Origin: a virus
Lineage: Duplodnaviria; Caudoviricetes
IMG/VR virus record: IMGVR_UViG_3300029787_000034
Span: 1 to 61,766 of that record
Length of the DNA: 61,766 nucleotides
Direction: 5' to 3' (one strand)
Below the pieces are notes generated by a model that was not told the origin of the DNA, ran no database searches, and was given only the letters and a program-made list of their open reading frames with translations. Position numbers and translations under genes: made by a program. Shown piece by piece: positions 38,249-49,267 of this stretch. Within the stretch, counting starts at the first letter, position 1. The number at the start of each line of letters is the position of its first letter.

Positions 38249-40957
38249 ATGACAGACTTTATTAGCAGACATATCGGTCCATCTGAGGATCAGCAGACTC
38301 AAATGTTAAATGACTTGGGTCTTTCTAGTCTTGATGAACTAGTACGAAAGGTTGTACCAGACTCTATACTCCTAAGGGGTAAGAGTAACCTACCAGAACC
38401 ATGCACTGAGCATGAAGCACTGGAAGAACTGAAACGAATAGCGAAATGTAATATCAATAGAAGAACACTTATAGGTCAAGGATACTATGGAACCATCTGT
38501 CCTCCAGTTATACAGAGAAATGTTCTTGAGAATCCAGCTTGGTACACATCTTATACTCCATATCAGGCAGAGATATCTCAAGGAAGACTAGAAGCATTAT
38601 TTAATTATCAGACTCTAATCACAGAGTTGACTGGATTACCTGTTGCTAATGCATCATTGTTAGATGAAGGAACTGCAGCAGCAGAAGCAATGATAATGGC
38701 ACATGGTACTGGTGAAAAGAAAGGATTTCTAGTAGATAGTAATATATTTCCACAGACATTAGAGGTACTAAAGACTAGAGCAACACCATTAGGTATCAAT
38801 ATAATCAAACTAGATTTAGAAGACACCATACCACTCTGTGACTTCGAAGATTCCTTTGGTGTACTGGTACAGATGCCTAACAATCTAGGTAACATCAGAC
38901 CTTGTAATGGTTTGTTGAGATGTGCTGAGGTTTACAAGTGTATGAAGATTGCTATTGTAGATCCTCTAGCACAGGTGTTGATGCAACCTGTAGGAGAGAT
39001 GGGATTTGATATTGCTGTAGGTAGTATGCAGAGGTTTGGTATACCTATGGGTTTTGGAGGACCTCATGCAGCATTCTTTGCAACCACTGAGAAATATAAA
39101 CGAAAGATTCCTGGCAGAATTGTAGGACAGTCTCTAGACTCCCAAGGTAATAAAGCACTACGACTAGCATTACAGACAAGGGAACAACACATAAGACGAG
39201 ACAAAGCAACGTCCAATATATGCACTGCTCAAGCACTCCTCGCAAATATGGCAGGTTTTTACGCTGCTTATCACGGTTCGGAAGGTCTGACAAAAATATC
39301 AAATAGAATATTGGGATATAGACAAACGTTAATACAAGCATTAAAGTGGTGTGGTTTCGAGGTTGATGATAGTGAGGGGTTTGATACGGTTAGGTGGAAG
39401 ACCTCACGTATAGTTGATGATATTAATATAAGGTATATTGATGGGTATGCATTAGTATCGTTAGATGAACTAACAACTTACGATGAACTCAATAAAATTA
39501 TTGCTTCGCAAACAGATTTCTCTGCAGATAAAAACACTATAGAGCATGTAGCGAAGGGAGTCAAGGACTACTTCTGGTTGGGTACACCTAGAAGAACTAA
39601 ACCATGGTTACAACAAGAAGTATTTAACAAGTATCATAGTGAAACTGATATGATGAGGTACATGTATGAGTTAGTCTCTAAAGATTTCTCATTAGTAAAT
39701 GGAATGATGCCACTTGGTAGTTGTACTATGAAACTAAACTCAGCATCAGAACTAATGCCATTGAGTTGGGACAAGATGAATATACATCCCTTCGTTCCTA
39801 CAGGACAGGTGTATGGTTACACTAAGATTATGAATGATCTAGAGAAATGGTTATGTGATATCACAGGATTTCATTCGGTAACGTTACAACCTAACGCAGG
39901 TTCACAGGGTGAGTATGCAGGACTCTTAGCGATCAGAGAGTATCACATGAGTAGAAATGAAAAACGTTATGTGGTTCTGGTACCAGAGAGTGCACATGGA
40001 ACTAACCCTGCTAGTGTCGTCATGGCAGGTATGAAAGTTGTAACTGTCAAGTGTGATGAGAATGGTAACATAGACATGGCAGACCTAGAGAAGAAAGCAA
40101 TCATGAATACCTTTGAGTTGGCAGCGATCATGATTACATACCCTTCCACTCATGGTGTATTTGAGTCAACCATACGTCAGATATGTAAGATAGTCCATGA
40201 CAATGGTGGTCAAGTATATCTTGATGGTGCGAATCTAAATGCACAAGTTTGTCTAGCAAAACCAGGTGAGTATGGTGCTGATGTAATGCATATGAATCTA
40301 CATAAAACTTTCTGCATCCCTCATGGTGGTGGAGGACCAGGTGTAGGACCTGTTGGTGTTGCAGAACACCTAGCACCATTTGTAGATCAAAGAGTATCAG
40401 CAGCAGAACAAGGTAGTGCATCTATACTTGTCATTAGTTGGATGTACATACGTATGATGGGTGAACAAGGATTACGTAAAGCATCTGAGGTTGCATTGCT
40501 CAATGCTAATTGGTTAGCGAAGAAGATAGAACCATTTTTTAACGTATTATATAAAGGAGAGAATGATCTAGTAGCACATGAATGTATCTTTGACTGTCGT
40601 GGGTTGCCAGTAACAGCAGAAGACATAGCGAAGAGACTGATGGACTATGGGTTCCATGCTCCCACACTATCATGGCCAGTGTTAGGAACTATGATGGTAG
40701 AACCTACAGAGTCAGAGTCACTAGATGAGTTGCAAAGATTTGTAGATGCTATGGAGAGTATCCGACATGAGATATTCACGAAGAAAGAACTGCTAAAGAA
40801 TGCTCCACACACTGCAGAGATGTTATGTGGTAAGTGGGACTATCCTTACAGTCGTGAGGCAGCATGCTACCCTGCAAAGGGTAGGAAGTTCTGGCCAGCA
40901 GTCAGTAGAATAGATAACGTAACTGGTGATCGTAACTTGATTTGTGCATGTAGTTGA
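38249..40957 (+). CDS. gcvP: Glycine dehydrogenase (glycine cleavage P protein)
   Basis: FISRHIGP, YTPYQAEISQGRLE, REQHIRRDKATSNICT, PLGSCTMK, PLP-binding lysine in NLHKTF, MVEPTESE. Confidence 0.97.
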   Translation: MTDFISRHIGPSEDQQTQMLNDLGLSSLDELVRKVVPDSILLRGKSNLPEPCTEHEALEELKRIAKCNINRRTLIGQGYYGTICPPVIQRNVLENPAWYTSYTPYQAEISQGRLEALFNYQTLITELTGLPVANASLLDEGTAAAEAMIMAHGTGEKKGFLVDSNIFPQTLEVLKTRATPLGINIIKLDLEDTIPLCDFEDSFGVLVQMPNNLGNIRPCNGLLRCAEVYKCMKIAIVDPLAQVLMQPVGEMGFDIAVGSMQRFGIPMGFGGPHAAFFATTEKYKRKIPGRIVGQSLDSQGNKALRLALQTREQHIRRDKATSNICTAQALLANMAGFYAAYHGSEGLTKISNRILGYRQTLIQALKWCGFEVDDSEGFDTVRWKTSRIVDDINIRYIDGYALVSLDELTTYDELNKIIASQTDFSADKNTIEHVAKGVKDYFWLGTPRRTKPWLQQEVFNKYHSETDMMRYMYELVSKDFSLVNGMMPLGSCTMKLNSASELMPLSWDKMNIHPFVPTGQVYGYTKIMNDLEKWLCDITGFHSVTLQPNAGSQGEYAGLLAIREYHMSRNEKRYVVLVPESAHGTNPASVVMAGMKVVTVKCDENGNIDMADLEKKAIMNTFELAAIMITYPSTHGVFESTIRQICKIVHDNGGQVYLDGANLNAQVCLAKPGEYGADVMHMNLHKTFCIPHGGGGPGVGPVGVAEHLAPFVDQRVSAAEQGSASILVISWMYIRMMGEQGLRKASEVALLNANWLAKKIEPFFNVLYKGENDLVAHECIFDCRGLPVTAEDIAKRLMDYGFHAPTLSWPVLGTMMVEPTESESLDELQRFVDAMESIRHEIFTKKELLKNAPHTAEMLCGKWDYPYSREAACYPAKGRKFWPAVSRIDNVTGDRNLICACS

Positions 40958-40981
40958 CAGGTCGGAAAACCATGCTATAAT
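40954..40981 (+). promoter_or_regulatory. Sigma70-like promoter
   Basis: TTGACA-16 nt-TATAAT with TGn extension. Confidence 0.7.
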
Positions 40982-41015
40982 AATGGAGTGAATCACCCTA
41001 TATAATGTAACAACC

Positions 41016-41042
41016 GAAGAGTCTCCATGGGGGACTCTTTTT
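41016..41042 (+). terminator. Terminator-like hairpin / possible attenuator
   Basis: AAGAGTCTCC-ATG-GGGGACTCTT followed by a T-tract, directly downstream of the promoter. Confidence 0.55.
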
Positions 41043-41055
41043 GTTTGGAGAACAA

Positions 41056-41298
41056 ATGAACATGTATGTAAACTTGTGTCCTGCCCACTCTAAGAAGGCA
41101 GAGTCACTAACAGTGGATATTCCATCTGATCAGATGGAAACTTTTATGCAGATGGTTCACATTCTTTCAGAAGAAAAGAACATATCTGCTCGGAGATCAT
41201 TTACTGATCTCGTCAAGTACACCTTTAATGAACTAATGGAGACGGACTATGAGCGAAAGGGTCGTAAGAATGCAAAACGGAGAGGACGTTATAGCTGA
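41056..41298 (+). CDS. Hypothetical protein
   Basis: SD GGAG upstream of the ATG. Confidence 0.65.
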   Translation: MNMYVNLCPAHSKKAESLTVDIPSDQMETFMQMVHILSEEKNISARRSFTDLVKYTFNELMETDYERKGRKNAKRRGRYS

Positions 41299-41587
41299 CG
41301 TTAAGGAGATGCGTAATCCTGAGGGACAACCAATAGCATATAAATTGGACTTTCCCTATGCGTTAACTATGAAACCTACCAAGGAGTTATTATTTGAGAA
41401 CACAGAACACATAGAAATGGATGAGATTGATATAGAATTTCAGACATATGTTCCTCTCTCAAAAAACTCATACATCTATCTACCGATACCATCAGTAGCA
41501 TTGATCTATGAACCACATGATAATCTCTTATCAAAATACAAAGAACTATTAGAAGACAATGCTAAAGATACTGATCCTCAAGACTGA
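41249..41587 (+). CDS. Conserved hypothetical protein (Sm-like candidate)
   Basis: VVRMQNGEDVIADV; typical position upstream of g43. Confidence 0.7.
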   Translation: MSERVVRMQNGEDVIADVKEMRNPEGQPIAYKLDFPYALTMKPTKELLFENTEHIEMDEIDIEFQTYVPLSKNSYIYLPIPSVALIYEPHDNLLSKYKELLEDNAKDTDPQD

Positions 41588-41798
41588 TCCCAACATCTAC
41601 CTGATGGGTACGATGACTGAATTGGATGAAGAACCAAGCATTCTAATAGAAGAGTGTGTCCAGATAGTAGATGGAGAACTAATAAAGTATCCTTTATACA
41701 CTGATCAACGTGATCTATTCATGAACTATGAAAATGTATTCACGATACTTGATCCATCTGCTGACATGAAAACCAAATACGCAGCGATCAACGCATAA
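41559..41798 (+). CDS. Conserved hypothetical protein
   Basis: TAATG coupling to g43. Confidence 0.65.
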   Translation: MLKILILKTDPNIYLMGTMTELDEEPSILIEECVQIVDGELIKYPLYTDQRDLFMNYENVFTILDPSADMKTKYAAINA

Positions 41799-44284
41799 TG
41801 AGTTTCTACACAGACGTTAGACTTCTCGGTGATGACATACTCTTCTGTGGGTATGAGCATGGAGAACGTGTAACATACAGGGAAAAGTGTAGACCGACTC
41901 TATACTTTGTGCCTTCGGATCAATCCAAAGTATCAAAGTTTAAAACTTTAGATGGTAGGTATGCACATCCTAAACAATTCGATGGTGCTAGATCAGCACG
42001 TTCTTTCATAGAAAAGTATGAGAACGTAGAAGGTCTAGAAGTCCATGGTTATGAGAGGTTTGTATATCAATTCATCTCCAATAGGTTCCCCGATGAAGTT
42101 GAGTTTGATATGGATCTCATGCAGATCTATACCATTGACATCGAGGTTGCATGTGACAACGGTTTCCCTTCCGTTGAGGAATCTCGTGAGGAGATTCTTT
42201 GTATTACTATGAAGAACCTTATCACTAAGAAGATAACCACATGGGGTACTCGTGAGTTTGATAATACACATGAGTATCGTCTGTTTGATTCAGAAGCATC
42301 GTTGTTAGAAGACTTCCACCACTGGTGGGTGACATCAACTCCCGATGTTATTACAGGATGGAACTGTAACCTATATGATATACCTTATATCTGTAGGAGA
42401 ATAGAGAGAGTGTTGGGTGAGAAGTGGAAGAGATCATTGTCACCTTGGAACCGAGTCATTGATAGAGAACTAGTTATCAAGGGTCGTAAACAACTTGCAT
42501 ATGATATTACAGGTGTCACTATTCTTGACTACCTTGATTTGTATCAGAAGTTTACCTATAGTGCTCAGTCATCTTATAGACTAGATCACATTGCTGACGT
42601 AGAACTTGGTCAAAAGAAATTAGATCACAGTGAGTTCGAGAACTTTAAAGCATTCTATACAGGAGACTGGCAGAAGTTTGTGGAGTACAACATCCATGAC
42701 GTTGAGTTGGTTGATCGTCTAGAAGATAAGATGAAGTTGATAGAGTTAGCATTGACTCTAAGTTATGACGCTAAGGTAAATCTAGGGGATGTGTTCTCGC
42801 AGGTTCGTATGTGGGATACCTTAATATACAATGACTTACAGGAGAGGAATGTTGTAGTTCCCCCTAAGGTTGGTACTAAAAAGAATGAACAGTATGCAGG
42901 TGCTTATGTTAAAGAACCTGTACCAGGAATGTATGATTGGGTTGTAAGTTTTGACCTCAACAGTCTATACCCACACCTTATAATGCAGTACAATATCTCC
43001 CCCGAAACTCTTGTTGAGAGGAGACACCCAACTGTATCTGTAGAAGGACTTCTTAATAGAGAAGTTAAGATTGATGGAGAGTATGCAGTATGTGCTAACG
43101 GTGCTCAGTATCGTAAGGATGTACATGGATTCCTACCTGAGATAATGCAAAGGATCTACGATGATCGTACGATCTATAAAAAGAAAATGTTAAAGGCAAA
43201 ACAAAAGTATGAAACTAATCCGACTCCAGACGTACAGAAAGAAATCTCTCGATACAACAACATTCAGATGGCTCGGAAGATTCAGCTTAATTCTGCTTAT
43301 GGTGCTATCGGGAATCAATACTTCCGTTATTATAACCTTGCTAACGCTGAAGCTATTACTTTATCTGGTCAAGTTTCTATCCGTTGGATAGAAAACAAGA
43401 TGAATTCCTATCTCAATAAACTATTAAAGACTGAAGATTATGATTACGTTATTGCTAGTGACACCGATAGCATTTACTTGCACCTTGCTCCTCTTGTGGA
43501 GAAGGTATTCTCGAACAGAGAGAAAAGCAGTGATAGCACACTTAGGTTCCTTGAGAAGGTGTGTGATGTGGAACTTGAGAAGTATATATCGAATTCTTAT
43601 CAGGAGTTGGCCACCTATGTAAGTGCCTATGATCAGAAGATGATCATGAAGCGAGAGAACATAGCGAACAAGGGTATCTGGACTGCCAAGAAAAGATATA
43701 TCCTCAATGTATGGAACAGTGAAGGTGTGCAGTATGCTGAACCTAAACTAAAGATGATGGGTATCGAAGCAGTCAAGTCTTCTACACCTATGCCATGCAG
43801 AACTGCTATTAAAGAAGCACTTGATCTCGTTATGAATAGTGATGAGGATGAGGTGCAGAAATATATCTCAGGATTTAGAAAGAAGTTTGAGCAGTTACCA
43901 CTAGAAGATATATCATTCCCTCGTAGTTGCAATAACATACAGAAGTTTACTTCCACTAAAGACATCTATGGTAAGGGATGTCCAATACACGTACGTGGTT
44001 CTTTACTATACAATCATTATATAAAGAAACATAAGATCGCTCACAAGTTTCCTCTCATACAGGAAGGTGAGAAGATCAAATATCTTTACCTAAGAAAACC
44101 TAATCGCATTGGAGAGAATGTCATTTCATTCTTCCAAACTCTTCCCACAGAATTCGAACTTGACGGATCAGTAGATTATGAGGTACAATTTGACAAGAGT
44201 TTCTTGTCTCCCATCAAGGGTATCCTTGATGCTATCGGGTGGACACCCGAAAAACAGATTACATTAGAGCATATTTTTGGATGA
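41798..44284 (+). CDS. g43: Family B DNA polymerase gp43
   Basis: DIEV exonuclease motif, [27 protein letters not shown]. Confidence 0.98.
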   Translation: MSFYTDVRLLGDDILFCGYEHGERVTYREKCRPTLYFVPSDQSKVSKFKTLDGRYAHPKQFDGARSARSFIEKYENVEGLEVHGYERFVYQFISNRFPDEVEFDMDLMQIYTIDIEVACDNGFPSVEESREEILCITMKNLITKKITTWGTREFDNTHEYRLFDSEASLLEDFHHWWVTSTPDVITGWNCNLYDIPYICRRIERVLGEKWKRSLSPWNRVIDRELVIKGRKQLAYDITGVTILDYLDLYQKFTYSAQSSYRLDHIADVELGQKKLDHSEFENFKAFYTGDWQKFVEYNIHDVELVDRLEDKMKLIELALTLSYDAKVNLGDVFSQVRMWDTLIYNDLQERNVVVPPKVGTKKNEQYAGAYVKEPVPGMYDWVVSFDLNSLYPHLIMQYNISPETLVERRHPTVSVEGLLNREVKIDGEYAVCANGAQYRKDVHGFLPEIMQRIYDDRTIYKKKMLKAKQKYETNPTPDVQKEISRYNNIQMARKIQLNSAYGAIGNQYFRYYNLANAEAITLSGQVSIRWIENKMNSYLNKLLKTEDYDYVIASDTDSIYLHLAPLVEKVFSNREKSSDSTLRFLEKVCDVELEKYISNSYQELATYVSAYDQKMIMKRENIANKGIWTAKKRYILNVWNSEGVQYAEPKLKMMGIEAVKSSTPMPCRTAIKEALDLVMNSDEDEVQKYISGFRKKFEQLPLEDISFPRSCNNIQKFTSTKDIYGKGCPIHVRGSLLYNHYIKKHKIAHKFPLIQEGEKIKYLYLRKPNRIGENVISFFQTLPTEFELDGSVDYEVQFDKSFLSPIKGILDAIGWTPEKQITLEHIFG

Positions 44285-45300
44285 CTAATTCATTTTTTAC
44301 AGACATAGCAAAAGAGATCGGTAACGAGTACGCAGGTGTTGTGTCAGACGGTGTTGCAGCAGGTGACACTAGCGGTTTCATAGACACAGGATCATACCTT
44401 TTTAATGCTGTTGTGTCTGGTAGTATTTTTGGTGGAGTACCTAGTAATAAGATCACAGCATTAGCAGGTGAATCTAGTACAGGTAAAACATTTTTCTGTC
44501 TAGGTATTGTTCAGCACTTCCTAGAATCAAATCCTGATGCAGGTGTAATTTACTTTGAGTCTGAGTCTGCCATCTCTAAAGAGATGATAGAGAAACGTAA
44601 TATAGATTCTAATAGAATGTATCTTGTACCAGTTACTACAGTACAGGAGTTCAGACAACAAGCAATTAAGATTGTAGATAAGTATCTTGCACAGTCAGAA
44701 AAAGAACGCAAACCATTGATGTTTGTTCTTGATAGTCTTGGTATGTTATCCACCACTAAAGAGGTAGATGATACTGAGCAGGGTAAGGACACACGTGACA
44801 TGACTAGAGCACAAGTTGTTAAGTCTATCTTCAGAGTTCTAACACTGAAACTAGGTAAAGCAAATGTTCCTATGATAGTTACTAACCATACCTATGATGT
44901 TGTTGGTGCCTATGTACCTATGAAAGAAATGGGTGGTGGTTCTGGTCTTAAGTATGCTGCATCCTCTATCATATACTTGAGCAAATCTAAAGAGAAAGAT
45001 GGTAAGGATGTTGTAGGTAACCTAATCAAATGTGAGACTAAGAAGTCTAGGTTTACCAAAGAGAATAGTAGAATCGAAGCAAGACTATTCTATGATGAGA
45101 GAGGACTTGACAAGTACTATGGTCTCCTAGAGTTAGGAGAGAAACACGGAGTGTTTACAAGAATAGGAAACAGGTATAAGATGGGTGAGTCTAACTTGTA
45201 TCCTAAATCTATTCTTGCTGATCCAGAGAAGTATTTTACTCCCGAAATTATGCAAGCATTAGACGAGAGTGCACAGAAGGAGTTCTCTTATGGTTCTTAG
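44281..45300 (+). CDS. uvsX: RecA-like recombinase UvsX
   Basis: [27 protein letters not shown]. Confidence 0.96.
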   Translation: MTNSFFTDIAKEIGNEYAGVVSDGVAAGDTSGFIDTGSYLFNAVVSGSIFGGVPSNKITALAGESSTGKTFFCLGIVQHFLESNPDAGVIYFESESAISKEMIEKRNIDSNRMYLVPVTTVQEFRQQAIKIVDKYLAQSEKERKPLMFVLDSLGMLSTTKEVDDTEQGKDTRDMTRAQVVKSIFRVLTLKLGKANVPMIVTNHTYDVVGAYVPMKEMGGGSGLKYAASSIIYLSKSKEKDGKDVVGNLIKCETKKSRFTKENSRIEARLFYDERGLDKYYGLLELGEKHGVFTRIGNRYKMGESNLYPKSILADPEKYFTPEIMQALDESAQKEFSYGS

Positions 45301-45862
45301 AAACGTTACCGACTACATCAAGACATACGACAGATGTTTACCACAAAATGTCTGTCGTAATTTAGTTGCGTTAGCAAAGAAAACTAAGTTAGAAAGATGG
45401 GAACAGAAGGGTCGTCCTCAATGTGGTATGTTTAACATCACACATGTTGCAGAGACAGAACAAGATCCAGACTGGATGAAGATGCAGAACCTACTCATCC
45501 CTGCGATCAAATCAGCATCCGAACTCTACATGACACAGGTGGGATGTAAAGATCACTGGCCAGTAGAGAATGGATTTGAGCAAATCAAACTCAAGCATTA
45601 CAATCACGAATCTAATGATAGGTTTGATGAGCATGTTGATGTTGGTGACCACAGTAGTGCAAGAAGATTTCTTGCTCTGTTCTTTTATCTAAATGATGTT
45701 GCAGAAGGTGGAGAAACACACTTCCCTAATGTAAACATCAGTATCAAAGCGAGCGAAGGGAAGGTGTTAGTATTCCCTCCTACTTGGATGTTTGCACACT
45801 CAGGTAAAGCACCACTATCAAACGACAAGTATGTTGTCGGAACTTACCTACACTACATTTAA
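45290..45862 (+). CDS. 2OG-Fe(II) prolyl-hydroxylase-like oxygenase
   Basis: [25 protein letters not shown]. Confidence 0.85.
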   Translation: MVLRNVTDYIKTYDRCLPQNVCRNLVALAKKTKLERWEQKGRPQCGMFNITHVAETEQDPDWMKMQNLLIPAIKSASELYMTQVGCKDHWPVENGFEQIKLKHYNHESNDRFDEHVDVGDHSSARRFLALFFYLNDVAEGGETHFPNVNISIKASEGKVLVFPPTWMFAHSGKAPLSNDKYVVGTYLHYI

Positions 45863-47232
45863 TGCAAAAGATCGAAGAGATAGCACTTAGTAAACTCATC
45901 CTAGATGAGAACTATTGTAGACAGGTATTGCCCTTTGTTAAAGAGGAATATTTTGACACTATCAATCATAAGATATTGTTTGAGGTGGTTCATAAGTATG
46001 TGCAGGAGTTTGATGGTCTGCCAGAACCGATGGCACTTAAGATTGAGATAGAGAAGCGTAAAGATATAAGTGAAGAGATACTAAAAGAGATAGAAGGATT
46101 CATTGATACTGGTTTAGATAAAGATCAATACAATCACGACTGGTTGTTAAGTACTACAGAGAAATGGTGTAAGGAGAGAGCAATCTACCTTGCATTAATG
46201 GATAGTATTAAGATTGCTGACGGTCAAGATAAGACTCGTACTAAAGATGCTATACCACACATCATGTCTGAGGCATTGGGTACTGGTTTTGATGACACTG
46301 TTGGTCATGACTATCTAAATGATGCTGATGAGAGATATGATTTTTATCATAAGATAGAAGACAAGACACCATTTGATCTTGATTACTTTAATAAGATAAC
46401 CAAGGGTGGTTTACCAAACAAGACACTTAACATTGCACTAGCAGGTACAGGTGTTGGTAAGTCTTTATTCATGTGTCATATGGCAGCAGCAACATTACTA
46501 CAAAGTAAGAACGTTCTGTATATTACTCTTGAGATGGCAGAAGAAAAGATTGCAGAGAGAATTGATGCTAACCTTTTAGATGTACCTATCCAACAACTCA
46601 ACGACCCACTGTTTACAAAGCAACAGTTTCGTACTAAAATGGATAAGATAGATAAGAAGACTCAAGGTAGGTTGGTTATCAAAGAATACCCAACTGCGTC
46701 TGCACATGTAGGTCACTTTAAATCTCTTATCAATGAGTTAGCAATGAAGAAAGGGTTTAGTCCTGATATTATCTTCATTGACTATCTAAATATTTGTTCA
46801 TCATCACGTTACAAAAATTCCATTGTCAATTCTTACACGTTTGTTAAAGCGATTGCAGAAGAACTCCGTGGTCTTGCAGTTGAGGCTAATGTACCTATCG
46901 TCTCCGCTACTCAGACAACTCGTAGTGGCTATGGTAGTAGTGATGTTGATCTTACTGACACAAGTGAGTCGTTCGGTCTACCCGCCACTGCTGATCTTAT
47001 GTTTGCTCTTATTAGTACGGAGGATCTTGAGGGGATGAATCAGATAATGGTCAAGCAACTCAAGAATAGATACAATGATCCTACAGTACATAAACGATTT
47101 GTAATAGGTATTGACAGATCGAAGATGAGGCTCTATGATTGTGAACAGCAACAACTTACTGATTCTGGTACTGACGAAGAGATACTAGAAGTCGCTAAGA
47201 CTAAAACTAAATTTGATTCCTTTAAGATATGA
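45862..47232 (+). CDS. g41: Replicative helicase gp41
   Basis: AGTGVGKS, KEYPT, IDYLNIC, SESFGLPATAD, QLKNRY. Confidence 0.97.
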   Translation: MQKIEEIALSKLILDENYCRQVLPFVKEEYFDTINHKILFEVVHKYVQEFDGLPEPMALKIEIEKRKDISEEILKEIEGFIDTGLDKDQYNHDWLLSTTEKWCKERAIYLALMDSIKIADGQDKTRTKDAIPHIMSEALGTGFDDTVGHDYLNDADERYDFYHKIEDKTPFDLDYFNKITKGGLPNKTLNIALAGTGVGKSLFMCHMAAATLLQSKNVLYITLEMAEEKIAERIDANLLDVPIQQLNDPLFTKQQFRTKMDKIDKKTQGRLVIKEYPTASAHVGHFKSLINELAMKKGFSPDIIFIDYLNICSSSRYKNSIVNSYTFVKAIAEELRGLAVEANVPIVSATQTTRSGYGSSDVDLTDTSESFGLPATADLMFALISTEDLEGMNQIMVKQLKNRYNDPTVHKRFVIGIDRSKMRLYDCEQQQLTDSGTDEEILEVAKTKTKFDSFKI

Positions 47233-47870
47233 CAAAAGAAAACGTACCTTATGATCCTGCCTCGGCAGACAACGCTCAGAAAGTTGCAGAGAGTATGAAC
47301 AATTCTGCACAGGATGCTAAAGATGATATGGCAGATGGTGCTAAGAAGATTGCTGATGAAACTCCTAAGACACCAGAAGACTTTATTAAACAAAAAGGAT
47401 TCACTGCATGGCAAGCAGCAGAGAAGGTTAGAGCAAACGAAAAGAATAAAAAAGAAGAGACTAAGTTCCAGATTGATCTAGACAAGTACATGCATTTCCA
47501 AGACATGACTTGCTCTGCACCTAGTAAAGATAAGGTTCAGTACATAGATAGATTGAGACAACTCAGCGAACAAGGATGTGACATTGCTAGGTTGGACACA
47601 GCATCACAGGGTTTGACTGCAGAAGCAGGTGAGTTCTGTGAGATTGTTAAGAAACTGAAGTATCAAGGTAAACCATGGAATGATGCTAACAAAGAGCATC
47701 TAATTAAAGAACTCGGTGACGTTCTATGGTATGCAGCATGTGCAGCAAAAGCATTAGACATCAGACTTGATGAAGTATTCTATACCAACTCATTAAAACT
47801 AGCAGCAAGATATCCTGGTGGAGAGTTCTCCATTGAGGAGTCCGAAAACAGAAAACAAGGAGACATTTAA
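47229..47870 (+). CDS. mazG: MazG-like nucleotide pyrophosphohydrolase with about 75-aa N-terminal extension
   Basis: GLTAEAGEFCEIVKK, ELGDVLWY, KLAARYP. Confidence 0.9.
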   Translation: MTKENVPYDPASADNAQKVAESMNNSAQDAKDDMADGAKKIADETPKTPEDFIKQKGFTAWQAAEKVRANEKNKKEETKFQIDLDKYMHFQDMTCSAPSKDKVQYIDRLRQLSEQGCDIARLDTASQGLTAEAGEFCEIVKKLKYQGKPWNDANKEHLIKELGDVLWYAACAAKALDIRLDEVFYTNSLKLAARYPGGEFSIEESENRKQGDI

Positions 47871-47956
47871 TGCCTTTAATCTTGACACCAATCATATGTG
47901 CTGCTATACTAACAGCATACTCAACTTATATTCTTAGAAAGTACAACCCTCATTAA
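47870..47956 (+). CDS. Tiny TM peptide (28 aa), not in ORF track
   Basis: SD AAGGAG; TAATG coupling; MPLILTPIICAAILTAYSTYILRKYNPH. Confidence 0.55.
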   Translation: MPLILTPIICAAILTAYSTYILRKYNPH

Positions 47957-47959
47957 CGC

Positions 47960-48157
47960 ATGGCACTATCAGGACAAGTAGAAGAATCATTACGAGAAGC
48001 ACAGGAGTGTCTACGTAATGCTTTATCTTTCTCTGCTCGTACAGAGAAGACATATATCAGTAAACACATTGCAGATATATTACATCAGATTGATAACCTA
48101 TGTGACGTAAGTGAGATGTTGGAACACATGGAGAACCTTCGCAATGAAATTGACTAA
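47960..48157 (+). CDS. Hypothetical protein
   Basis: MALSGQVEESLREAQECLRNALSFSAR helical ORF. Confidence 0.65.
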   Translation: MALSGQVEESLREAQECLRNALSFSARTEKTYISKHIADILHQIDNLCDVSEMLEHMENLRNEID

Positions 48158-48404
48158 AATTATGGATCAAGGTCCTTATCGTTTTGTTCACACAGATAAG
48201 AGACTTGAGAACGGTAAACTAGATTACCGTATACAGAAGTACAACACATGGACGCAACGTTACAATGACATGTACTTACTAGACAGTTCACTACAGTTGG
48301 ACTGCTGTCTGGAGGACAAGGAATATACTAAGTGGTTAGACCCAGATCCTGAGGTCTCTGCATACAAAAAGAGAGGAGACGTTGTTAGGTCTCCCTATAA
48401 ATAA
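48144..48404 (+). CDS. Hypothetical protein
   Basis: NGKLDYRIQKY...YTKWLDPDP. Confidence 0.6.
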   Translation: MKLTKIMDQGPYRFVHTDKRLENGKLDYRIQKYNTWTQRYNDMYLLDSSLQLDCCLEDKEYTKWLDPDPEVSAYKKRGDVVRSPYK

Positions 48405-48426
48405 GAGGGTAACACCCTCTTTTTTC

Positions 48427-49260
48427 GTGGCAAATAAAGGATTGCAGTTTGAGTGGTCAGTATTACACCATGCACTATCACGTGTTGGTGATCCATCTGA
48501 ACTCTCATCGGAACAAAATGTAACTCGTCTTAAGGCAGCAGATGAAGTCAGTAAGATGGGGGAATCTTCTGCTGTGTCACAAGCAGGTCTGCAAGTCATT
48601 AATCAGATAAAACCTGGTGGGTTTGCTGCAGAACAATTATTCTATAAATCATTTATGAAGATGGGTGGTGGTGCTAATGAAGGGAAGACAGATATAATTT
48701 TCAGCAAAGGTGGTACGAAATATAAATGTAGTATGAAGTATGGTAATGATTATCAACTTACGTCAGCAGGTATAGATAAATCAATTAAGATTCTGACTGG
48801 TATATTAAAACTAGTAGCAAATAAGTATGGAACTAGAGACGATGCGATGTGTTTAGGATATCTTCAGTTAGTACTAGAAGAGATCTCTAATAAATTTGAG
48901 AACAACACAGGAACTATTACTGCTGCAGAGGCAGACAGACTTATGAGTAGCACAAGAGAGAACCTAGGACTAGAGTCTAGATTACAATCTATTCTAGGAA
49001 CTAGAAAGAACCCTACCACATCAGGAGTCTATTCTAAATTTAAGTATGAACTAACTAAAGAATGTTTAACTGGTGAGATGACATTTGGTGGTGGTGACAA
49101 AGTTGCTACTCATGTACTCACAGAGTCTGGTGTCAAACCTATAGATGGTAAATTAATTAATGAGGTTATGGCTAGAGCAGGTGTTCGTATCAGCAAAAAG
49201 GGACGCAAAGCTAAAGGTGGTGTTAAGATGAACGCCATTACCATTAGATATGAGGTATAA
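48427..49260 (+). CDS. Putative PD-(D/E)xK-like nuclease-fold protein
   Basis: KTDIIF...KYKCSMK motif; TATAAATA late promoter at 48396. Confidence 0.5.
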   Translation: MANKGLQFEWSVLHHALSRVGDPSELSSEQNVTRLKAADEVSKMGESSAVSQAGLQVINQIKPGGFAAEQLFYKSFMKMGGGANEGKTDIIFSKGGTKYKCSMKYGNDYQLTSAGIDKSIKILTGILKLVANKYGTRDDAMCLGYLQLVLEEISNKFENNTGTITAAEADRLMSSTRENLGLESRLQSILGTRKNPTTSGVYSKFKYELTKECLTGEMTFGGGDKVATHVLTESGVKPIDGKLINEVMARAGVRISKKGRKAKGGVKMNAITIRYEV

Positions 49261-49267
49261 TTAAGAC

